From contig CP006915.1 in assembly GCA_000503915.1 (NCBI GenBank), positions 1 to 32,000 of the forward strand: a DNA stretch of 32,000 bases. Direction: 5' to 3'. The notes under the pieces were generated by a model, which made no database searches, was not told where the DNA came from, and saw only the letters and a program-made list of their open reading frames with translations. This DNA is from Candidatus Saccharimonadota bacterium. Its GTDB lineage: Bacteria; Patescibacteriota; Saccharimonadia; Saccharimonadales; Saccharimonadaceae. The position numbers and the translations under genes are program-made. Shown in pieces: positions 22,481 through 28,956 of the stretch (the stretch's first letter is position 1; each line of letters begins with the position of its first letter).

Positions 22481-24034
22481 TTATACAGACGTGGAAAACT
22501 TTTTTATCTGCAGTGCTTTTTGTTTACCAACCGCCTGCACCAGCTCTGCCTCAGTCGCTCTACTGACGCCACGCATACTACCGAATGTTTTAATAAGCCT
22601 CCTTCTTGTAGCCGGACCGATACCGGGGATTTCTTCGAGCATATTTTCGGTCTGACGCTTACGCTTCAAGACGGTGTGATACGAGATAGCAAAACGATGT
22701 GATTCGTCTCGAATACGCTGAAATAGTTTGACGACATCACCGTAGGGGCTTAGCGTTGTGCCAGCACCTAAGTTCCGTGAATGTGACCCGGCATTACGTT
22801 TACCGACGTGGAGGTTAACTATCACGTATTCTTTTTCCCTGTATACCCCTACACCGGATATAGGATTTGCTTCTAGGCCGGCCAATCTATCAAGAGAGAT
22901 ATGCGAACGAGTAGTGTGAATAATAATCTCTTCTTCACGTTTAGCGATGCTGACGGTCGGCACAGCCACGCCCCGCTCGCTCATCGCCGCCAGTGCCGCG
23001 TCGAGCTGCGCCTTGCCGCCATCGATCAACACTAGCTCTGGCATGCCCCAACTCTTAATGTTCTTTTCAGAGAAACGCCGCAGCAGCGTCTCGTGCATGT
23101 TACCGACATCATTGTTTTGCTCGATTTTCGTTTTGAACTTGCGATACTGTGCTCGGTCGCTGACACCATTGGTAAACACTACCATGCTCGCCACGACATT
23201 AGTGCCACCCATATGAGAAATATCATAGCCTTCGATCCGTCGTGGCACGTTCGGCAGACTCAGCAGCTCGGCTAGGTCAGCAAGCGCGCGATCTTTGGAG
23301 ATATCAAGAAACTCCCGATCACCAAACATGACGCGTCGCTGCAGCTCGCGCATAGCACTTAGTCGGTTCCGGAGCAAAGCCGCCTTTTCAAAATCGTGTG
23401 CCTTCGCCGCCTGTTTCATTTCCTGCTCTAGCTCACGAGCTAAGGCGATACGGTTGCCTTTTATATAGCTGATCAGCTTGCGAAGATTTTGTTTGTACGC
23501 CTCTGGTCCGTCAGCTCGGCGCGGGCTTAGGCCAAGATCTTCATCGAGCCGCGACGTTTGCTTGCCTGGCTCACGCGTGTAATAGGGAAAGACCTTACGT
23601 AAGTATCTGAGCGCTTTTTTCAGCGCATAGCCGTTATAGAACGGTCCGAAATACTCCGCTCCGTCATCCGCCGGGTTGCGCGTAAAGCAGACGTACGGCC
23701 AATCGCTTTTCATGTCGATACGAACGAACATCTGGCTTTTGTCGTCACGCAGCAGCACATTGTAGCGCGGCTTGTAGCGCTTGACCATCTCGCTTTCGAG
23801 AAATAGTGCGTCGATCTCGCTTTCCGTTTCCAACCAGTCGGTATCGTAGATTTCCGCCACCAACGCAACGGTTTTTGCATCTTTCAGACGCGTACTTTGA
23901 AAATACTGACGGACACGGTTTTTCAGCACCGCTGCCTTGCCAACATAAATTATTTCACCACTACGGGACTTGTGAAAGTACACGCCGGGCGAGCGTGGCA
24001 AGTCTTTTAGTTTGGTTTCGAGCGCTGTGTTCAC
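22481..24034 (-). CDS. uvrC: Excinuclease ABC subunit C (compact form)
   Basis: 517 aa starting at GTG 24034. GIY-YIG (GVYFHKS..GEIIYVGKA..LKNRVRQYF), UVR domain (FEKAALLRNRL), endonuclease V-like domain, and C-terminal HhH (IPGIGPATRRRL). Confidence 0.9.
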   Translation of the reverse strand: MNTALETKLKDLPRSPGVYFHKSRSGEIIYVGKAAVLKNRVRQYFQSTRLKDAKTVALVAEIYDTDWLETESEIDALFLESEMVKRYKPRYNVLLRDDKSQMFVRIDMKSDWPYVCFTRNPADDGAEYFGPFYNGYALKKALRYLRKVFPYYTREPGKQTSRLDEDLGLSPRRADGPEAYKQNLRKLISYIKGNRIALARELEQEMKQAAKAHDFEKAALLRNRLSAMRELQRRVMFGDREFLDISKDRALADLAELLSLPNVPRRIEGYDISHMGGTNVVASMVVFTNGVSDRAQYRKFKTKIEQNNDVGNMHETLLRRFSEKNIKSWGMPELVLIDGGKAQLDAALAAMSERGVAVPTVSIAKREEEIIIHTTRSHISLDRLAGLEANPISGVGVYREKEYVIVNLHVGKRNAGSHSRNLGAGTTLSPYGDVVKLFQRIRDESHRFAISYHTVLKRKRQTENMLEEIPGIGPATRRRLIKTFGSMRGVSRATEAELVQAVGKQKALQIKKFSTSV

Positions 24035-24041
24035 TCCTACA

Positions 24042-24047
24042 ATTATA
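24042..24047 (-). promoter_or_regulatory. -10 box (TATAAT) 7 nt upstream of the uvrC GTG
   Basis: Minus strand reads gacTATAAT-tgtagga-GTG. Confidence 0.4.
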
Positions 24048-24117
24048 GTCTACTCGGGAAGCGAGATCGAAAAACTCGTTTTCATTACCGGCAAAAAGGC
24101 CACCAACCAATCAAGCG

Positions 24118-24138
24118 TATAATAGAGGGAGAAGGAGG
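24118..24138 (+). promoter_or_regulatory. -10 box (TATAAT 24118-24123) plus Shine-Dalgarno GAAGGAGG (24131-24138) for the AKR gene
   Basis: gcgTATAATagagggaGAAGGAGGctttATG. One of the few clearly leadered, SD-bearing starts in the window. Confidence 0.55.
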
Positions 24139-24142
24139 CTTT

Positions 24143-24982
24143 ATGAATATACCGACAATCACCTTAAATAACGACGTCACCATCCCACAGCTAGGGCTTG
24201 GAGTCTGGCAAGCTAGTGATGCCGAGGCCGAGCACGCCGTATCGGTAGCTATCGATGCTGGCTATCGTCTGATTGATACCGCGGCCGTCTACGGAAATGA
24301 AACTGGCATTGGGCGGGGGATCGCAAAGTCCAGCGTACCGCGCGACGAACTTTTCATCACGACCAAGCTTTGGAACTCTGACCAAGGCTATGAACAGACC
24401 TTGCACGCTTTCGTTGCCAGTCTCAAGCGGCTCGGACTTGACTACATCGACCTCTACCTCATCCACTGGCAAATGCCAAAGATCAAGCGCTACAACGATA
24501 CCTGGCGAGCGTTCGAGGAATTACATAAGGCCGGCAAGATCCGCGCCATCGGCGTCAGCAACTTCGACGAGACACACCTTGGCGATCTCATGGAGCACGG
24601 GACGATCGTACCCGCCGTCAACCAAATTGAGATCCACCCCGATTTTCAGCAGAAGCCGCTACGCGACTTTTGTACGCAGCATGGTATCGCTGTCGAGTCA
24701 TGGAGCCCACTCGGCGGTAGCCGTAGCCGTAACGCCGTCTTGCAGACCGAAGCTATCAGATCGATCGCAACCAAGCATGGCAAGACACCAGCCCAGATCG
24801 CCCTAAGGTGGCATATTGAAAACGACCTGATTGTTATTCCAAAATCAGTTCACAAGCAACGCATCAAAGAAAATAGTGAAATCTTTGACTTTACTCTCGA
24901 TGAAGCCGACCATGCACTGATTGCTACCCTCGACGGGGATAACCGCCAAGGCGGCGACCCACAAACCATGAACATCCACTGA
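24143..24982 (+). CDS. Aldo/keto reductase (DkgA/YvgN-like)
   Basis: 279 aa. LGLGVWQ, DTAAVYGNE, TTKLWN, LIHWQ (catalytic D/Y/K/H context), SNF, IEIHP. It ends at TGA with the normal family length. Confidence 0.9.
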   Translation: MNIPTITLNNDVTIPQLGLGVWQASDAEAEHAVSVAIDAGYRLIDTAAVYGNETGIGRGIAKSSVPRDELFITTKLWNSDQGYEQTLHAFVASLKRLGLDYIDLYLIHWQMPKIKRYNDTWRAFEELHKAGKIRAIGVSNFDETHLGDLMEHGTIVPAVNQIEIHPDFQQKPLRDFCTQHGIAVESWSPLGGSRSRNAVLQTEAIRSIATKHGKTPAQIALRWHIENDLIVIPKSVHKQRIKENSEIFDFTLDEADHALIATLDGDNRQGGDPQTMNIH

Positions 24983-25158
24983 AGGGTCAGCGTAGTTAAC
25001 CCGCTGGTTCGTATCGGTTCATTTTTCCGGAAGATATAGTATACTACTCGTAGTATATAAGTCCGCACCAAGCACGAGGCCTACCCTGAAGGAACAACTC
25101 GTCACCGGCATTACCACTAGTCTCAGGGACTTTTATTAACTATAATAGGAGTCTCATC

Positions 25159-25332
25159 ATGTCGAAAATGACAAAAGAGGAGCAAGACCAGCTCGGTGTC
25201 GAGTGGTACGAACGCACGCACAAAAACTGGCGCGCGTGGGGGAGCTGGTTCAGCTGGGGAAGCCCAGTCGGACTCGGCCTTTTCTTTATCGAAACGGCCG
25301 CGGCTATCTGGGTCATCGCCCAGACGTTCTAA
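25159..25332 (+). CDS. Unannotated small Trp-rich membrane protein (57 aa)
   Basis: Absent from the ORF track (under 60 aa). Sequence: MSKMTKEEQDQLGVEWYERTHKNWRAWGSWFSWGSPVGLGLFFIETAAAIWVIAQTF. AGGAG lies 7 nt upstream of the ATG, and a strong terminator follows the TAA within a few nt. Confidence 0.55.
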   Translation: MSKMTKEEQDQLGVEWYERTHKNWRAWGSWFSWGSPVGLGLFFIETAAAIWVIAQTF

Positions 25333-25333
25333 T

Positions 25334-25368
25334 AAAAAACCCGCCGCGATCGCGGCGGGTTTTTTATT
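25334..25368. terminator. Bidirectional rho-independent terminator
   Basis: Perfect 20-nt palindrome cccgccgcgatcgcggcggg (25340-25359), flanked by an A-run upstream and T-run downstream. It serves the small ORF (+) and the DUF488 gene (-). Confidence 0.88.
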
Positions 25369-25373
25369 ATTTA

Positions 25374-25724
25374 TTAGCGAGAAGTGAGAAATTTCTGCAG
25401 CACCGCCGCTTGGTTAGATTCGGTGTCTTTGGCACCATAAAGCAGTGTAATGATCTTTTTATCTTTCGTCCGACGGCGAAATTCGTCAACCGCGGGATTA
25501 GCAGTAAGCTCTTTTTCGTAGCGCGACGCAAATTCTCTAAAACGTTCCGGCTTGTGGCCAAACCAGGTTCGTAGCTCTGAGGACGGCGCCACATCTTTAT
25601 TCCACTCATCGAGGGTAGCGTCTTCCTTCTTCATGCCACGCGGCCAGAGCCGATCAACCAACACCCGATAGCCGTCGGCCTCGTTTGGGTCGTCATAGAC
25701 GCGCTTGATCTGAAACTTTGTCAT
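25374..25724 (-). CDS. yeaO: DUF488 family protein (YeaO-like)
   Basis: 116 aa. KRVYD.P...DGYRVLVDRLWPRG.KK......EW.K...PS.ELR.WF matches E. coli YeaO closely by eye. SD GAGGAGG is upstream. Confidence 0.82.
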   Translation of the reverse strand: MTKFQIKRVYDDPNEADGYRVLVDRLWPRGMKKEDATLDEWNKDVAPSSELRTWFGHKPERFREFASRYEKELTANPAVDEFRRRTKDKKIITLLYGAKDTESNQAAVLQKFLTSR

Positions 25725-25764
25725 GTTTCCTCCTCTATTACCTACCTCTAGTATAGCAAGCTAC

Positions 25765-26379
25765 TTACAGCTCAAGTACACCGTGAACCCGATATGCCAG
25801 TTGTGGCACTACTTCTTCTTCAAACCATGGGTTCTTTGTCCGCCAACGGAAGTTCAGCGGACTTGGGTGTACCAGTGGAAAATAAGTCGGTAAGAACTCC
25901 TCGTAGGCACGAACCGTTTCGGTCAAGTTCAGTTTGGCGGTTTTGCCGAGGTAATATTTCTGTGAGTACGCCCCGATCAAGATAATCAGCCGCGCTTCCG
26001 GCATCAGCTTAAATAGCCACGGATGCCACTTTTCGGCAAAACCTTTCCGTGGCGGCAAGTCACCGTGCCGACCTTTTCCCGGATAATAAAAATCCATCGG
26101 AACTAGCGCAATAATATCTGGGTCATAAAACTGCTCGTCACTTACACCCAGCCATTTACGCAGCAGTACACCGCTGGCGTCATTCCAAGGTTTCATCGTC
26201 GCCTGTGCCTTACTACCCGGTGCCTGTCCGACGATAACAATCTTTGCCTTTACGCCAGCTGTATAAACCGGCGCATAACCTTTCGCACTCATATCGGCGT
26301 TCATTGGGTCGTTCACGATGGCCTCATAGATAGCCGCCATCGTACCTAGACCACCGAAGTCTTTTTTCTCTAGTGCCAT
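25765..26379 (-). CDS. Uracil-DNA glycosylase superfamily protein
   Basis: 204 aa. Motif A-like IVGQAPG and motif B-like VHPSPLN. The subfamily is not assignable by eye. Confidence 0.7.
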   Translation of the reverse strand: MALEKKDFGGLGTMAAIYEAIVNDPMNADMSAKGYAPVYTAGVKAKIVIVGQAPGSKAQATMKPWNDASGVLLRKWLGVSDEQFYDPDIIALVPMDFYYPGKGRHGDLPPRKGFAEKWHPWLFKLMPEARLIILIGAYSQKYYLGKTAKLNLTETVRAYEEFLPTYFPLVHPSPLNFRWRTKNPWFEEEVVPQLAYRVHGVLEL

Positions 26380-26385
26380 AGATTT

Positions 26386-26391
26386 ATTATA
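26386..26391 (-). promoter_or_regulatory. -10 box (TATAAT) 6 nt upstream of the UDG ATG 26379
   Basis: Minus strand reads ggctgTATAAT-aaatct-ATG. Confidence 0.45.
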
Positions 26392-26409
26392 CAGCCTACC
26401 TCACGCGTT

Positions 26410-26916
26410 CTATTGTGCCAGTAATGCGTCGAGTCGGTTGAGCTGGCTCGAGAAGCCTTCGATCATACCCATCTTGACAAGTTCTTCGATCTGCTCGGCA
26501 CTTTCAGCGATACAACGACTAACAATACGTGTCGCATTGCCTTCCTGGGTGAATTCGTTGCGTACCGTTTGCACCGGCATGCCTGTATTCAGTACGCCAG
26601 CTTCATCGGAGAAGTAGTCGACGTAGCTAAAGCTACTGCCTTCGTCGATCGTCTGAATCTCCATTACACCCCATGAGGTTTGGCCAAACCATTCGCCTTG
26701 GTTCTCATCGACACACTTCATACCATAATGCACGCGGCCACCCGGTATAAAGTTAAACTCTTTTACGCTGGTCACCCAGCCTTCCGGCCCCCACCATTTT
26801 TCAAACCAATCTTTATCGGCGTAAGCCTTCCAGACTTTCGCCTTCGATCCATTTGCCACATATTCAATGATAAGGGTTTTATTTTCGAGATCCTTGGTTA
26901 CTTTTACGTCTGTCAT
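26410..26916 (-). CDS. SRPBCC/AHSA1-family (START-like) protein
   Basis: 168 aa. VWKAYADKDWFEKWWGPEGW is the typical AHSA1 N-terminal signature. It sits 3 nt downstream of an ArsR gene, a common pairing. Confidence 0.75.
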   Translation of the reverse strand: MTDVKVTKDLENKTLIIEYVANGSKAKVWKAYADKDWFEKWWGPEGWVTSVKEFNFIPGGRVHYGMKCVDENQGEWFGQTSWGVMEIQTIDEGSSFSYVDYFSDEAGVLNTGMPVQTVRNEFTQEGNATRIVSRCIAESAEQIEELVKMGMIEGFSSQLNRLDALLAQ

Positions 26917-26919
26917 TTG

Positions 26920-27243
26920 CTATTCCTCCTTTATCAGTGCGTCTAATTTATCGTAGCGGCTCTGCCACATCTGGCGGTACTGCTCGAGATACTCGTCGGC
27001 GGATCGGAGAGTGTCAGGAGCCAAGCTCACCATATGCTTTTTCCCCTCCTTTCGTTTGTATATGAGATGGGCGCGCTCCAGAACTTTCAAGTGTTTCGAT
27101 ATGGCGGCAAAGCTGACGTCATAAAGGGCGACTAGCTCGCCGACAGAGTATTCGCACATCGCCACACGATCCAGTATGTCGCGTCGAATCGGATCACTCA
27201 GTGAATTGAAGATAGCATCGAGTCGATATGTATATTCAACCAT
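26920..27243 (-). CDS. ArsR/SmtB-family HTH transcriptional regulator
   Basis: 107 aa from ATG 27243. LSDPIRRDILDRV....SVGELVALYDVSFAAISKHLKVLERAHLI is a winged HTH. ATG 27243 is chosen because a near-consensus promoter places the transcription start there; the ATG at 27267 lies inside the promoter spacer. Confidence 0.8.
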   Translation of the reverse strand: MVEYTYRLDAIFNSLSDPIRRDILDRVAMCEYSVGELVALYDVSFAAISKHLKVLERAHLIYKRKEGKKHMVSLAPDTLRSADEYLEQYRQMWQSRYDKLDALIKEE

Positions 27244-27251
27244 TTGGTTAA

Positions 27252-27280
27252 ATGATACTACGAGCATAAATACCTGTCAA
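27252..27280 (-). promoter_or_regulatory. Near-consensus sigma70 promoter for the ArsR-SRPBCC genes
   Basis: Minus strand reads TTGACA (27280-27275), 17 nt, TATCAT (27257-27252), 8 nt, ATG 27243. Confidence 0.65.
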
Positions 27281-27373
27281 CCTTTTTTACCACTTATCTT
27301 TATAGATTTGTTGTCGTATATGCATCATGAAAAGCAGGGAAGGGCGTGACTATTTTTAAATGCCCGTCCCTTT

Positions 27374-27402
27374 TTGAATGTATCTCGTACATACTCTATA
27401 CT
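27374..27402 (+). promoter_or_regulatory. Sigma70 promoter for the AlkA-like gene
   Basis: TTGAAT (27374-27379), 17 nt, TATACT (27397-27402), 6 nt, ATG 27409. Confidence 0.6.
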
Positions 27403-27408
27403 TTAGGT

Positions 27409-28008
27409 ATGAGTTTTAGTGATGCTGAGAAAGTACTTATCGATCAAGATCCGATATTGGGAACTCTCATTCGCTCGCAGCATACTATTACCCTTCGGCC
27501 TGAGCGCGACTACTTCGAGGCTTTAGCGAGCTCGATCGTCTCGCAGCAGATTTCTGTCAAAGCCGCTGCCAGCATTTTTGCCCGTTTTAAAGGAAGCACT
27601 GACCTAAAGCCCGAACGAGTCGCTCTGCTCGATGACGAGCAGACAAAGGCCATCGGCTTGTCTGCTCAAAAAACAAAATACCTAAAGGATTTAGCTAATC
27701 ACTTTATGCAAGATTCGGCGGTCTTCAACCATCTTGATAGTTTGAATGATGACGAGGTCATTTCTGAACTCACCCGTGTCAAAGGTATTGGTGTCTGGAC
27801 CGCTCAGATGTTCCTGATCTTTACCCTGCACCGTGCCGATGTCTTCGCACCGGACGACCGCGGCCTACAGCTTGCTATTCAAAAACTATACAAGTTTTCG
27901 GAGCTTCCTGGCCGAGCGGAGCTAGAGGAATTCGCCACACACTGGACACCCTACCGTTCCACCGCTTGCCTACATTTGTGGCGCTCACTCGATAACGAGC
28001 CTAAGTAA
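27409..28008 (+). CDS. alkA: DNA-3-methyladenine glycosylase II family protein (HhH-GPD, AlkA-like)
   Basis: 199 aa from ATG 27409. SQQISVKAA, LTRVKGIGVWTAQMFLIF (the HhH) and ..VFAPDDRGLQ (the catalytic Asp region). Confidence 0.8.
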   Translation: MSFSDAEKVLIDQDPILGTLIRSQHTITLRPERDYFEALASSIVSQQISVKAAASIFARFKGSTDLKPERVALLDDEQTKAIGLSAQKTKYLKDLANHFMQDSAVFNHLDSLNDDEVISELTRVKGIGVWTAQMFLIFTLHRADVFAPDDRGLQLAIQKLYKFSELPGRAELEEFATHWTPYRSTACLHLWRSLDNEPK

Positions 28009-28009
28009 G

Positions 28010-28921
28010 TTACGCTATAACGCCGATTTTTTGCTGATGAGCCTGCTTGCACGCTTTAGTGTGAAAAAGAAGGTCTGGGACTTTTTTACAGTCCTCGCAA
28101 ATCAGCACAAGGTCATTACATTCCATGTGCGCGCAGTTTTCAAAATTCGACGTTTTACCACCGCAATGCGTACACTCACCAATCGTCTTGGCTTTGTCAG
28201 AAAAGTTCATGGTCATGCGCTCATCAAACACGCGCAGTGCACCTTCCCATAATCCGTCGTCGCCGTAGGCTTCGCCGTACTTTACGATACCGCCGTCGAT
28301 CTGGTAGACATCGTTGAAACCGCGCTTCTTCATCATCGCCGAAATAACTTCACAGCGAATGCCGCCGGTGCAATAAGTGATGACTTTCTTATCTTTGATG
28401 TCGTCGTACTTGCTGCTTTCAAGTTCGGCAATAAAGTCGCGCGAGGTATTGGTGTTTGGCACAATAGCATTCTTAAATTTACCAATCTTTGCCTCGTGCT
28501 CGTTGCGGCCATCAAAGAACACTACGTCATCACCGTATTCTTCAACTAGTGCATGTACCTCACTAGGTTTCAAGTGCTTACCACCGCCAATCACCCCGTT
28601 CTCATCAACCGTGAATTCATCATCCGAGTTTTTAAAGCCAACCAGCTCGCGCCGAGTTTTTACGCTCATACGCGGAAAGTCCTCGCGCGCACCATCACTC
28701 CACTTGAAGATGATGTCTTTGAAGCCTGGGAATTTCTTGGTGTCTTTGATGTACTTCTTCAGGTCATCCATCTCGCCGCCGACCGTCCCATTGAGACCGT
28801 GCTTGCTCACTAAGATACGCCCGCGCAGGTGCAGGCTGTCCGTCAATGCTTTCTGCCATAGCTTGACGGCCTCCGGGTCGGCAATCGGGGTAAATTTATA
28901 GTAGAGCAATATCTTTTGCAT
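28010..28921 (-). CDS. trhO: Rhodanese-domain tRNA uridine(34) hydroxylase (TrhO/YceA, UPF0176)
   Basis: 303 aa from ATG 28921. N-terminal ILLYYKF, rhodanese active-site loop YCTGGIRCE, and a C-terminal Cys cluster CTHCG...C..MEC...C.DC. Confidence 0.85.
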   Translation of the reverse strand: MQKILLYYKFTPIADPEAVKLWQKALTDSLHLRGRILVSKHGLNGTVGGEMDDLKKYIKDTKKFPGFKDIIFKWSDGAREDFPRMSVKTRRELVGFKNSDDEFTVDENGVIGGGKHLKPSEVHALVEEYGDDVVFFDGRNEHEAKIGKFKNAIVPNTNTSRDFIAELESSKYDDIKDKKVITYCTGGIRCEVISAMMKKRGFNDVYQIDGGIVKYGEAYGDDGLWEGALRVFDERMTMNFSDKAKTIGECTHCGGKTSNFENCAHMECNDLVLICEDCKKVPDLLFHTKACKQAHQQKIGVIA

Positions 28922-28956
28922 AACAGATACATTATACCGTAAAATAGGATACATTC

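Noticed and set aside
25196-25609. Track ORFs 25196..25387, 25203..25574 (+) and 25367..25609 (-)
   Set aside because: The plus-strand ones read straight through a perfect bidirectional terminator and overlap the YeaO-like gene. The 57-aa ORF at 25159 and the DUF488 frame explain the region better.
27244-27267. ArsR start at ATG 27267 (track ORF) and similar N-terminal extensions of the typA, ITPase, HD, ABC ATPase, MazG-like, ligA, AlkA and trhO ORFs
   Set aside because: The extensions add residues with no family similarity. In several cases they overlap the gene's own promoter elements or the upstream gene. Internal ATGs align with the conserved N-termini and with promoter or SD placement.
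28922-28956. A structured element or small gene in the 35-nt gap between trhO and the ABC exporter
   Set aside because: The gap is fully accounted for by two overlapping divergent -10-like boxes (TATAAT 28936-28931 on minus, TAGGAT 28945-28950 on plus). Nothing else fits.
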